Counted from the stretch's first letter, positions 27,108 through 39,114 are shown. The stretch: 64,000 nucleotides of DNA from Anthoceros angustus (GCA_010909165.1 MU008163.1:248001-312000), one strand, 5' to 3'. A program made the numbers and translations. The notes: a model not told the origin generated them from the letters alone.

Positions 27108-27761
27108 GGTTAGGCACACCGAAATGGCCCTCACCGTAATAGAGGTGTAATAAAGGCGCCGACCTTCGCGAGTATAAGAGGGCTAAGGCCGCCCAATAAA
27201 TCATCTTCTTGGTGTTGATGCCGCTCTGCACCTTGTGTGTCTTCTTGCTAACGTGAGTCCCGAGTCACCGAAAGGTGCACGGCGCCCGGGAGATTGACTG
27301 TGGTCCCGTGACGGACCTAACGTGTTGTGGTGTGTGCAGGAAGGGTGATCGTGACCCGTGCTCGCCCGAGCCGCGCCCAAAGACCGAACGGATCGAACGG
27401 TGAGCCGGAGGAACTCCGGAGGGCGGCAGAGCCCGGACGGAGGCCCGAACGACGAGGAGGTCCGACCCCGAGGTCCGGACTGTAACCCGCCTTTTCTAAG
27501 ACCGAGGAGTGTAGCGTGAGGGAGAGAGGAAAGGACGAAGTGTGAGTGACGAATGTGAACGATACGGACGCGAACGGTCCTAAACGCTTGGCCATACCGG
27601 CCTCAGACGGTGAACGCTAGTAGTTAGGAGTATGCGCGATCAACGAGCGCGTGAGGGAATCACCAAACGCTGCAAACGGAGCCTATCATTCCCTTGGGAA
27701 CGGACTTCTTCCTACAACGACACGGATTGTGGCGCTACCGGCTATCACGAAAGTCGCCACA
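27108..27761 (+). repeat. Partial LTR (3' half) entered directly from gag sequence
   Basis: gag sequence switches at GGTT into GGTTAGGCACACCGAAATGG (mid-LTR) and runs to ...GTCGCCACA plus PBS. Confidence 0.75.
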
Positions 27762-27764
27762 TTT

Positions 27765-27782
27765 TGGCGCCGTTGCCGGGGA
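27765..27782 (+). promoter_or_regulatory. Primer-binding site, tRNA-Asp type (degenerate copies at ~2981, ~12451, ~26494)
   Basis: TGGCGCCGTTGCCGGGGA, 3 nt after the LTR end. It is complementary to the 3' end of plant tRNA-Asp(GUC), the primer known for Athila elements. Confidence 0.75.
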
Positions 27783-28030
27783 ATGAAATCGTTCCGTAGC
27801 CAGCGTGGATGCGTGGAGGACGTGAGGTAGTTAAGGAAGAATTGCTAAGAGAGTCGGACGTTGTGACTGCCAGAGCGCTCCGAGCGCAGGCACGTGAGAG
27901 ACGACGAGCTCGAGGCGAGGTCAACGAACCGCAGGTAAGTGCGGTGGAATTGTCGGATCGTGAGGAGGAAGCAGCCCAGAGGCAGGTGGCAGTAAGAGGA
28001 GCGGTTCCTCAGCCCCTGTCGGTTGCGACG

Positions 28031-31000
28031 ATGGCAACAACAACGACCAAACAAGCCTACTCCCTCTTCGGGGGGAAGAAGGAGCGGGATGCGGAAACCT
28101 TTGTTGAGGATTTCGTATCCCGAGCGAACTTCAACGGAGAAGGATGCACAATAATCCAAATTGCTCCAAGGGGTCCGGGGGACAAGGCCCAAGGGTACCA
28201 AGGAAGTACCGACCACCCTTAACGCCTCGCGACCTTCAAGCATCAAGGATGCCTTCGAAAGATTCCGGAATCGATCAGAAGGCTACATCCGCCCAAGCTT
28301 GAGAACCTAAAGAGGCAAGACGGAAAAGTTGGGATCGTACATCGAACGGTTCTATGCCCTCCGGGATCGGCACCCCACCCACACCACGATGCAGGCGGTG
28401 CGTTGGTTCGCAGCCGGCCTACCTAAGCCAATGGCTAAGCATGTGCTGTTGCTTGCAGAGAAGGATGTGAGTAAGGCGGTGCGAGCGGCGGAAAACTACG
28501 AAGAATCGATGCACCAACGAAGAACGAGAACGACTCAAGGAGGAAAGAAGAAGAAAAAGAGGCGGGAATCGGAATCTGAAGATGAAGAGCCCTCGGAAGG
28601 AGAGGAGGAAGAGACTGAGGTCACTTCGGAGGAAGAGGAGGAGATTTCCGAAGCAGAATCCGAAGCCTCCACGGAGGCAGAGGAGCCGCGTCGCAAAAAC
28701 AAGAAGAAGGTGGTGAAACGGCGGCGCGGGAAGAAGGAGGTCGCGATACTAGCTCCGGTGCGCGAGGCCCCTTCGGACCCCGCCCCCTTGAAAGAGGTAG
28801 CGGAGGAAGACCGAGAGAGTCATAAAAGGTGGAAGAGTTGACGATCAATCGTGAAAGATCGTGAGCGACGCAAGGCCACCACGGCCGACTCATTTATGGT
28901 GTGCGGTGTGCCACCAAGAGCACGGCAATTGCCCCTCCGCCCGTGAACTGTAGAGTACGACTATGAGGAGGAGCCTGAGGAACAGTGGGAGGATGCTTAC
29001 CAAGTGCAAGAAGCACCCCCGGGGCCGCGATACCCGAAGACGATGTATCCGGCGCCGGGAGGTCCATCCATACACCGTCCTCCGATGCAACCTCGAATGG
29101 GAGGACCTCCGGGCATTCTTCGGGCAGCGGTGGTCTGTTGGAACTGTGGGAACCCCGGACACTACTCCAACGCCTGTCCATACCCCACCAGACAAGGTAA
29201 CGGAGACTTTGAACGGCCGTGGAGATTAAGCAAAGGGCATGCTGCAAGACTGTGTCCGAATCCTCGCTCGAGGACGGTACGCTACGCAACCCCGGCTGGG
29301 GAGCCAAGACCACCGACGCCCTCCTAAGGCCGCTATACAAATTGAAGACGACAATGGCGGAGGGAGGAGGCACCGAGGAGCTCAACGAGGTGGTACGGAG
29401 CAAGTTCGGCCAAGGAGAAGAAGGCGGACCTAGAGGTACTGGAAGTGTCAACCCGGAGTCGCCGAAAGGAGCGAAGGGAACGGAGGCAGTTTAAGAGGAA
29501 GAAAAATGAGGATAGTCCCACGGATACGGAGGACGGAACACCCGCGAAGGAAGCCGAACCCGCCAAAGAGGACGAGTTAAACCGGCAGCCCTGCCAGGAG
29601 AAGAAACCCCCCAACAGCCACCGGGAGTCTCCGGAGAAGCAGACTCACCCACGGCAACGCCGCAGTTTCCACCGGATGTGGTTCGGGAAGTGACCGAGAT
29701 GCTTCAAGAAGAACTCAGACCTGAAGAAGTCCGCCACCACAACAGCCAAACGCCGGAGGAGACAAGGCGAACGCGACGCAGAGAGAACCACCCGCCCTTT
29801 CAAGGTGGCCGACTTGATGATGGACCAACAACACTTGGTGTCCCTTAGGCGCTTGTTAAAGGACAACCCGGCATCGGCTGTGAAGTCCGGAAGGCCATCG
29901 TGGAAACGCAACCACGCCGGAACTCCTTGGTCCGGGCGCAAGAACGTGGAGGTAAGGGTCGATCTCATACGGACTCGCCAGCAGTGTGGAAATTGCGGTG
30001 TGTAATTAAAAACCTAGATACGGGTCGAGGAACCTCATCACCGAGGCCACCGCAAGACGGCCGGGTTCACCACCTTCGAGCCATCCACCAAAACCCTCGT
30101 GATGGCGGACATGTCGCGGCGCGCCAGCAGTGTGGAAATTATGGGTGTGTAATTAAAAACGTGCCTCTAGATACGGGTCGAGGAACCTCATCACCGAGGC
30201 CACCGCAAGACGGGGGTTCACCACCTTGAGCCATCCACCAAAACCCTCGTGATGGCGGATATGTCGCGCGAGCGCCAGGGGAGTTGTCCCGAGTCCAAGC
30301 CACCATAGCGGAGCCCCTATACATTAGATTTTGTCGCCATCGACCCGGACTCGGGTATGAGGTCCTGCTACGGGTTGGTTGGGGCCCTCGCCGCATAAAA
30401 CTACACTGGACGGAAGGAGATACACTTCAAGGGACCGGGATCCAAGGTGAGGGAAGGACGGTAGCGACACCGGAGTAAGGACACGATCGTGGAGAAACCG
30501 CCAAGACCACGTAGGGGTACACCTCAAGACAAGGGGGGATGATGAACGCGAGGATACGAATGAGGACTACCTTTCCCAAAATCACGTGGTCGGAGGAGGA
30601 GATGGATTACCGGAGGACGCCTTTGGAGGGAGGAGGTGGACGAGGAGGTCATCGATTGTTTTAGGGTGGACTCTGGAACAAGAGCCGGGAAGGCAATCAA
30701 GAGGAGGGTCCAAAGAGAGGACGGGAGGTAGAACCGAGAAGTAACCTGCCTACCGGACGAGCTCTTTCGGGAGTGGGGAATGCGTGAAGATGAACCTCGG
30801 ATGGAGGACGACGGCTTCGGACGTAGCGAAGCAGCAAGAGAAAGGGAGACGGTCAACCCGGACGATGTGGAAGACGTGGAGGTTCGCCCAGGGAAATTCC
30901 TCAAATTCCGCAAGGGCATGCCGGAGGGGTTAAAACGAGACCTCACACAGTTGTTGGGGGAATTCAGCGGGGTGTTTGCTTTCAAGGTCACGGATATGAA

Positions 31001-31075
31001 AGGCATTCCAAACAAAGGCTAACACCGGATAGATCCGGCCGTGAGCGGCCTCGCTCGGATTAGGCAGATAAAGTT
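28031..31075 (+). mobile_element. Unit 4: gag, PR and pre-RT region, truncated
   Basis: Intact CX2CX4HX4C knuckle CWNCGNPGHYSNAC at ~29136-29177; PR IKNVPLDTG duplicated at ~30000 and ~30150; ends before the RT core. Confidence 0.8.
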
Positions 31076-31089
31076 CGGATGCCGCTTGC

Positions 31090-31648
31090 TGCACTTTGTG
31101 TGTCTTCTTGCTAACGTGAGTCCCGAGTCAACGAGCGCACGGCGTACCCGGGAGATTGATCAGGTCCCGTGACGGACCTAACGTGTTGTGGTGTGCGCAG
31201 GGAGGTGATCGGATCTGCGTTCGCCCAGAGCCGCGACCAAAGACCGAACGGACTGGAACGTGAGCCGGAGGAACTCCGGGAGGGCGGCAGAGCCCGGACG
31301 GAGAGGCCCGCGGAACGATTTGAGGAGGTCCGGATCGTAACCCGCCTTTCCCTAAGACTGATGAGTGTAGCGTGAGTGGAGAGAGGAAAGGACTGGAAGT
31401 GTGAGTGACGAATGTGAACGATACGGACGCGAACGGGTCCCTAAACGTTTGGCCATACCGGGCCTGTACGGTGAACGTTGCGAGTAGTTAGGCGTATGTG
31501 TGCGTTGAGGCTGAACGAGCGCAAAGTGAGGTAAGAATCACCTGAAACGCGGCAAACGGAGCCTATCATTCCCTTGGGAACGGACTTCTTCCTACAACGA
31601 CACGGGATTGTGCGCGCCCGGCTGGTCATCAGCGAAAGTCGCGCCACA
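31090..31648 (+). repeat. Terminal partial LTR (3' half), right boundary of the array
   Basis: LTR 3' sequence ending GTCGCGCCACA, followed by non-element DNA (GTCGG...) with no PBS. Confidence 0.8.
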
Positions 31649-31789
31649 GTCGGCTTGTATGCAACGGAAGCATGTTTGGCTGTCGAAGGCGAGTTGTAAA
31701 TTTTGCCAACTGAGCGTTTGAGAAGTCTGATAATTTGCTAGGGCTACGAGCATGTGCCACGATCGATCGACTCCGTGTGACAAGCCCCC

Positions 31790-32691
31790 TCTGATGCATA
31801 TGTGACTCCTTGAGCAGTGTCTACGATTTGGGTTTTCCTTCTGCTTGCTGCTTAGATCCCAAGGCTGCCGAGTATACTTTTATTGGCTATACAAAGGGAA
31901 TCAAAGGTTACAAGTTGTTTGATCCTTCTACCAGAAAGCTCCTATATGCACGAAGTATTACTTTCCATGAGTCTCACCTATTTTTTCTCCTTCAGTGGGA
32001 GGTATTGTCTCCGGTAATCACACTCCTTCTCCTATCGAGGATTCTAGTTATTCCTCATTTGGAGACAGTGATAGTATTACTCATTTTCCTATTCATAATT
32101 GAGCCATCTCCCTTTCTTTTTAATTTGAATACCCACATGCTGGTTACAATCTTTCTACCCTTTGGGGACCTCACTAATTCCTATGTTGAGTTCTTAACTA
32201 AAAAGTTATACTCAAAATCTACAGCTACTTTACAGAAGTCTTTTTCAGGTGATGTGAAAGCTTGTTTTAAGGTGAGAGGTTCTTCAGGATCAGCTATGGC
32301 TTTGTATACAACCTCTAAATAAGGTGATACAGGGGAAATGTGATCATCAACAGTTGCTAGGTATCCTAAGGGAGGTGCTTTTCATCCTGCAGGTCCGAAA
32401 ACAGGATCGCAGGTTGTACCTTGGTGTAGGTTGTGCATCTTCCACGTCCTCCACACGAGGTGAGTCGTGGACAGGAGTCAGATGAGTCAAGATTCAGCGT
32501 CATCAAGCTCGACGTCATACTCAGGATCGAGGTCAGTAGGATCCGCATCGGGAATGTTCTTAAGATGTTGAGGTTCATGAGTGTCTGGCGGAGGTGTGTC
32601 GGGTCATGGAATAGGTGCTAACTCCTCCTCCTCTTCCACAATAAGTTCAACCAAAAGAACTCACAAAGTATGAATAGGAAAATGAGTAATA
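31790..32691. mobile_element. Ty1/copia remnant with an internally inverted segment
   Basis: Plus strand: LDPKAAEYTFIGYTKGIKGYKLFDPSTRKLLYARSITFHES (post-integrase SH3-like motif). Minus strand ~32100-32300: DPEEPLTLKQAF...KNST*ELV..PKGRKIVTSMWVFKLKRKGDGSI (start of copia RT). Confidence 0.85.
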
Positions 32692-32914
32692 TATTCATTT
32701 TAAATTTTTGAGATGTAGAAACTTAGCGGCTCCCGCCGTTTTTGAGCAGACTACACTTTTTTGGGCTCGTGGATGGCGCGCTCACCTCCTAGCCAATGAC
32801 TGGGTTGGGCACTGAGCAAGCAGGCACAGCGCGAGAGGGAAGTCACATTAAGGGCTGAGGCTGTGGAGGCACATGGGGTGAATGGAGCTAGCGATGAACT
32901 CAAAGTGGACCTCA

Positions 32915-35430
32915 CTAGCTATGGCAGCATGACCTCTCCCCTGGCTCCGACTCTTCCCTCCTTGCCGGACCACTCTCTCCTGGGCCACCCAAGTCGAGCA
33001 CGGGGTCCAGGGACCATACCTCATTGTCAGCCGGCGCTAACGTGCTTGGTCCGTCCCGTCCCTCGGTGCGCCGTTCCTCCTCCAAAGGTTCGGTCTCGCC
33101 GCTACTCCTATCACCAAACAGAACGTCGAGATTCCTTGTGGCTGTGGTTTCCGCTTTCTTCGGCTCCTCCGACTCCTCCACCTCCGGATCTTGCTCGCCG
33201 GCCAGCGCCCGCCACCGCCTCAGGAGCTCTGGGTAAGCAAAGTCCGAGTCTATCTGCTGGATGGCCTCTTCCATGTGCGCCCGCGGCACTCCCTCCGCCA
33301 TTGGTGCTTCGGCAAATGAGCATGCTCCATTGCCCGCTGCGCAGTCTCATCACCCAACCCTTCCAACCTGGCCCGTGTGGCATCCTAGGAGGCGTTGAGG
33401 GAAGCCTCCGTCAGCTCCTGGAGCCTCTACATCTCGTTGACCCGCTCCTTCTCTTGCTCCGCCCTAAGGTCCTCTAACTGCGCCGTCAGGAGGCGAACCT
33501 GGCCCTCCGCCAGGCGTAATTGAATCACCCGTCTGCCCTATTCCACCTGTTACCTTCGTCGATCCTCCATTTCTCCGCTTAGGCGGTCCACCTGCTGCTG
33601 GAGTCGTTCCGGCACCCGCACCAACCTGTTGGTCTCTTCGAGCTCTTTGGTCAACTGGTCGATGTGCAACTGCTTTCCTTTGTACCGGGTCTCCATTGCT
33701 CGAAGATTCAACTGGAGGCAATCTACCTCCTGCTCCAAGTCGCAAATCGTGCCCTATAGGATTCCATTCCTCTGCTCCATCGCCTGAAGCCGCGGGCCCA
33801 GGGTTCCCTTCTCTACTAGCACTATCTGCTAGGCTCCCTCTACCTCTTGGTTTCTTATTCCGGAGATCCGTCAGCTCTACCAGCCTCTCCAGCATCTCGT
33901 CCTTGTCTACGGCCCGGACCTCCTCCAAGAGTACCTGGACTCTACGCAGGTCAGAGACCTCCTGCTCCAGCTCCTGCAATCGGGTTTTGGCTACTCCGGC
34001 CTCCTCCCGTAGCCGGTTCCTGTCTCGGCGGTAATACTCTCGATCCGCCCAGTTCCTCTCCTGCTTCTCCTTCCCGGCCTTCAACTGGTCCTCCAGGGCC
34101 TCAAGTCCCCTTTGCTGGGTGGACTTGGCGTCCTTCCTCGCCACCTCAACGACCCTCCTAGCGGCTTCCTCTGCCCGGAGATCTTCCTCCACCTCTTGTT
34201 GTGCTCGGCCCAACTCCTGGCTCAAGGCCTCTGCTCGGTCCTTGGCCTCCTGCGTCTGTTTCAGCTGTTTGCACAACTGCAGGACCTTAGCTCGGTCCTG
34301 AAGAGCATACCTAGCATCTCGCTCTACCGACCGGTGCTTCTCTTCTTCTACTCGCGCTAGGGTCTTCGCCTTCCTCTTAGTTGCTTGGGCCGCCTCTATC
34401 TGGCCTTGCAGCTCCACCATCACGGCTCCACCTCTTGGGGTCTTCTGCAGTGAGAGGCCCCAGCCATCGTGATCGACCACGCCGCCAATACCGGTGGGCT
34501 CCACTGCTGACGAATACCCTTCAAACCTCTCCGCAGGAGTTGGCATCTCTCGATCTACCAAGGTGTGCTAGACCGCCCTGCGGAGCTGGTCCTGTGTGGT
34601 TACTCCGGCCTCTACCTGGAGGCCACGGTCCTGGCTGTCCGACGCTGGCCCTTCTACTTCTTTGGCCCTCTTGGCGGCCAACTCCTTCTCCGTCTTCCGT
34701 CGTTTGGGGTCTAGTGGGGGTGCAAGGGTCCGGGAGCTGGCTCGCTTCCCCCTCCTAGAGGGAGAAAGGACCAGCTCGGGGTGAGGTTGTTATGGCTTCG
34801 TTGGTGTGACTGGGGTTGGTTCCGTCACGCCCCGAGCTGCTCTCCTTGCCACGACTTCTGGCTTCACCAGCATGGTCGTGGGTGGGGCCTCCTCCTCTAG
34901 TGCCCCAGTCAACAGCAAGGTAGAGGAATTTCTTCCCAAATCTCCCTCGGTGGTGAGGGGGTCTGCTCCAGTCGGATGGCATCTGAAATGCCCTCCTAGT
35001 CGTCCTCCGCCGGTTGTGCCTGGCCCTGGGCTCCGTTGTGGATTTGTTGTTGGTGACCTGCTCCTCCTCCTATCTTCCTGCAATCAACAGGTGAGTCAAC
35101 CCTCAGTGGAGCGCGCGTTCCTCTTCACCGTCCTTGAGGAGGTTGTGGTGCCCCCAGACATGTAGGATGAAGGGGAATAATCATGAAAGAGGAGGTCGCT
35201 CCTTACGCAACTTCCTTGCCTCTTGCTCTATCCGGGCAAAAATGATTCGCCCCCAATCCGCCCGCTTCCCTCTCATGAGCGCATGCAGGAACACCAGGAG
35301 GTTGTCCCCTAGGTGGTCTACTTTCGTGAGCATGTTCCAGTGGACAATGATCTTGGCCACTCCTCTCACTCGTCAGTCCTTCAGGTCTGACATCAACCAC
35401 CCGTTTGAGGACCTTTTGGGCATCCGTCCT
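32915..35430 (-). mobile_element. Lone, diverged copy of the retroelement extra ORF (no LTR, gag or pol)
   Basis: HWNMLTKVDHLGDNLLVFLHALMRGKRADWGRIIFARIEQEARKL (35181-35369), ADREYYRRDRNR (365-aa ORF 33464-34561) and AHMEEAIQQIDSDFAYPELL (32915-33301) match the array's extra ORF. An in-frame stop and frameshifts are present. Confidence 0.8.
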
Positions 35431-37072
35431 TAGGAAACATCATAATTTATGAAGGGGGGGAATATACCCGATGGGGGTTTAGTAGCTTTTATCCTTTGAA
35501 GAGGGTTTCTGATGGGTCTAAAACTAGCCTATCCTGGCATGCTCTAAAATTTGTCACAAAATCATGGTGTCATACTATTGGTTGCATTATTTTCCTGCCG
35601 GTGTTACACACGTAAATACTGCCCTTCAATTAGGGCACTATGTAAAAACACCAAAAAAAGACCCTGAGTAGCTATTTATATGCTACAAATTGGGTGTATT
35701 CCTGAGTGTGTGGGAAAGGGTGCCGGCCGGCCGGCGCCGTTTCCCTGCATACCCAGGGTTTGGGGTTTAGGCCAAATTTCTTGGTCGTCATTCTCACTTC
35801 CTACGCACAGTTTGTGTCAATTTGTATCCCAAAAGGCGAGATGCAAACTAACATACCCGGTCGACCAACGGAGTGCTAAACCTACTTCGAACAAGCTTAT
35901 GCAGTATGCCCTAATTATCTTGTCTGCCCTAAAAATATACATTATGATGTTGGTTTTTCGCATGTGAAACGTCAGATTGTTAGTATTTTTTACCATCCAG
36001 TACAAACCTGAACAAGATAACGTCAAACTTGTCACCTTTTTTACCATCCAAAATAGATCTGACACAAGACCATGACCGGGCAAATATATGTGAATCGACC
36101 CATGTATTTTCATATACTGACGGCATGACGCAGCCCATGTAACTACCACTTGGCAGTTTGAATGACAACAAACCAGTATATCAGGTGATAAGGTTTGGGT
36201 GTGTATGCGATGGCATTCTCAGTGTCTGTTATAGCTTTGCTTGTTACATTATTTGGCTCCCGAAATTTATATTGACTTTGGGTTGCACCATTTTTGGTAA
36301 TGGAATAAAGGAAGCCATAGATGTAGAACAACCACCTATTATTCTGGCTTGTGTTTAGAGATGTCGTTGTTGTTACTCATGAAGCCAGGTTTCAACGGGT
36401 TTTTTTTTCGATTTAAGCTCAATTCATTCTTTTACATAGAACACATTATCTTAAAATCATAGACAATGCTGTAGATAACGTGAGCATTCTGATAAATTTG
36501 TAACAATAAAGTTTCTTTATCGAATGTGATATTCATAAAACGCAATCAGGGTTCACGAAATTATCTTGTTCCTGCGCGTATTACGTGCAGGCTCCACGTC
36601 CTTTTATTTCTCCGCGAGCATGACAGGAAGACTTGCGGCCATGATAATGCATTCCAGCCGCAGCCATCCATTTTTACACACTTCCACGGCCAATCCTCGC
36701 CGGAATGTGGGTGACCTTGATGCTCAGCTTGATATACCAGATGTCAATGCGTTGCGCCCATTGGTCAGGCTTGGTTTCGGAGAGCCCCATCTTGCTGGCG
36801 CCCGCCCAGTCATATGCCCTTCCAGGCTCTGGACAGCGTCATGTGCTCTTCCATACTTGCACAAATTGCCTGTATGTTGACAGGCACACTTGTGATTGTC
36901 ACGGAATACGATACAGCAATTGATCCCCTCGACATAGTTGCACAGTGCTGTGTAGGCCAAGGAAGGGCATCCTGGCCCACAGATGTGCTCCTTAGTCTTC
37001 GAGTGGCTCTGAGGCCATGTCCATTTGGGAACCCTAGTGTCCATCCATCTCCCACCAGCATGACCGTGTCCT

Positions 37073-37605
37073 TTACAATTTAGCAGCCTGCTGTCCATCT
37101 CTTTGAAGCCCCTGCAACGCCACAGCCACCTGCGCTCCCGCACGATATTTGTTCTTCACCAGCCTGATATTGGCAGCAAGAGAAGCTCCACCCGATATCG
37201 GTCCGAAACTAGCTCGGTCACCCGCTTCAGCAAGGAGGGCGTGACAGCAGCGCCCACTAACCCATTCCGATCCGCCTCCCTCAGGGCCGCCTGAAGGGCA
37301 GCCTCCACCGGCTCCGCCAGGGCAGTATGTTGCTCGGGAACGAGCACCGCAATCACAGCCCTCGCTCTGCACCATGGTAGCGCACTCCCCGCGGCCCGCC
37401 GTCCGCTCCGCCTGGTGAAGAAGGCCGGGAATTCATCGAAACGGTAGCCCACCACCGTCACTCCCGCGCAAACCACCGCCACGGGCATCCGCCCAAGCTC
37501 CGTCAAATCTGACATGGCGTCCATGGAGCTCCCCCCGAGCAGGAGCTCCCCCCGAGCAGGTGCACCCCATCGATTACCCCGTTCACGAAAACTGGGATCC
37601 TGGCG
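37073..37605 (-). pseudogene. psuG: Pseudouridine-5'-phosphate glycosidase (PsuG/PUMY family) C-terminal half, intronless and degenerate
   Basis: IPVFV..G..GVH, SMD..SDLTELGRMPVAVVCAGV, GY.FDEFPAFFTRRSG, AVTP.LLKRV.EL, GGASLAANIRLVKN..RAGAQVAVAL. Has a 17-bp tandem duplication, frameshifts and a deletion of the conserved KSILD...ETQG segment. Confidence 0.85.
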
Positions 37606-37974
37606 TGGTACACCCAAGAGGTGATTTAAAAGCCCATACTCAGTTCTCTGTCTTCACTTCTGATGAGGTCTTAGTATGGCGACTGCTTAAGCCAATAACT
37701 TAGGTGAAGGTAAGTCTGGGTTGCGGAAATGCACATCTTGTAAATGGGATCTCTCAAAGGAGCCGCTCGCAGCTGAGTCAAATCAGAAGGGTTAAGGGCT
37801 GGAAGAAAAGGGGGAAGACAATCACTAAAACCAGCAAACATAGGACCATCAAATTGTGGAAGATGTGTCCCAAGGCTTAATTGGTTCTATGTACACGTAG
37901 CACTGGAGTTGCAGACATAAGCCTCTGAAACTCTGTAAATGCTGGCTCACTCAAGGGAGCAGCAAAAAGCTGAT

Positions 37975-38727
37975 TCAAAGCAACAGCTTGAAGGCTACCA
38001 AAAGAAGAAACACGATGAGGACAACCAGTAAACACATGACCATGAGAGAGCAACTTTTGCCAGCTCGTTGGCTGACCAGGCCCAGTTTCCTCTGTGCCAT
38101 CTGCAGGACAAGGAGGGAGCATGAGAAGGGGAATTGGGACATGCACACAGCAGCAGAGTTCAAGGTGCATACCCGCATGCGATTGTTTGTGGCATCTGCA
38201 TCCTGGTCAATATCATCCTGCGACACCAAATCCACGGCAACTCTGTTGAGTGAATCAGCACCACGGTTTTCGAAGCAAGTAAAAAGAAAACACCGTCTCT
38301 GGTCTGATAGCCATAGTCTACCAGGAGCCGTGTGTGAAGGTCCAGTTCCTCATTCACAGCCAACGCGATGTGCTTCGTGCTTAGAACTGTGGCCTCCAGT
38401 CCAGCGAGATCAGCATCCTGCTCTGCACCATCGCTCAGAAACCGTGTCCGTCAGCTAACAGAACAACAGACCGGTGTCCAAACAGATCAGCACCCAGACT
38501 GTCGATGCAAGCATAAACCCCTACAACCTCGGCACCATCAGAAACACAGACAGACTGTCCCGCAGAGCAACCAGAACCGACTGACATACCCTTCATCATC
38601 TGCCGTTGCAGATGGATGACTCCCAGGTTGTCAAGATCAGAGGTGCGGCTCGTCTCTGCTGCATTGCCCCTCCCATCGTGAGAGAGCAAATTCGACCTGG
38701 CCTTGGGATCCCTCGTCGCTGCCATTA
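37975..38727 (-). CDS. SYP5: SYP5-type (SYP51/52, syntaxin-8-like) Qc-SNARE, C-terminal four exons; N-terminal helical region not found
   Basis: Spliced read AAETSRTSDLDNLGVIHLQRQMMK / EQDADLAGLEATVLSTKHIALAVNEELDLHTRLL / DDIDQDADATNNRMR / MAQRKLGLVSQRAGKSCSLMVMCLLVVLIVFLLLVAFKLLL*, with GT-AG introns and a terminal TM helix. Confidence 0.85.
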
Positions 38728-39114
38728 CGCTGAGGAAGGCTGGGCGGGGGCACCCTGGCCCCCGTGACGGCCAAGAGATTTAAGCGGCCAGGCCCGGTAA
38801 GGGCGATGCAGCGTTCGTATGAAGCCTTCAGATCGGCACGACTGCTGGAGAAGAATGCTTCTCGTAGTGGCTTAGTGCTTTGGACGGAACATATGGTGCG
38901 CCGGAGGTCAACTGCGATCTGGCTACGACGCGTTCGATGCTGGTTAGCGAAGCGGTTAGAACTAGGGCTTCTGATTCAGGGATCAGATGTTCGAGGTCAC
39001 TTGGAGGTTTACACCTATAGGCTTCTCCCTCATATTAGCTTATCAATTATAAAATATAATTATATCAAAAAATATTACCTATATTAATTCAAAAACTATA
39101 GTTCTACGCTACGA

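Larger units (their letters stand above)
1..31648 (+). mobile_element. Tandem head-to-tail array of a Ty3/gypsy Athila-like (non-chromovirus) LTR retrotransposon; the 5' end lies outside the window
   Basis: Repeating order LTR-PBS-gag(CCHC)-PR(DTG)-RT-RH-INT(GPY)-extra ORF-PPT-LTR. RT motifs WVAPIVVV.KK, DHFPMPFVD and FLDD, a PBS TGGCGCCGTTGCCGGGGA and no chromodomain after INT point to the Athila-like lineage (lineage call is inference). Confidence 0.9.

Noticed and set aside
1-31648. The ~200 short ORFs in the ORF track as separate genes
   Set aside because: They are frameshifted pieces or GC-rich shadow frames of the retroelement's gag, pol, extra ORF and LTR.
31810-32322. 170-aa ORF as a membrane protein
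   Set aside because: It is a chimera: the N-terminus is the Copia SH3-like motif and the hydrophobic tail is the antisense of the inverted Copia RT segment.
36560-37065. Cys/His-rich minus-strand ORF as a zinc-finger protein
   Set aside because: The spacing does not fit a recognised finger and no frame gave a recognisable family; left unannotated.
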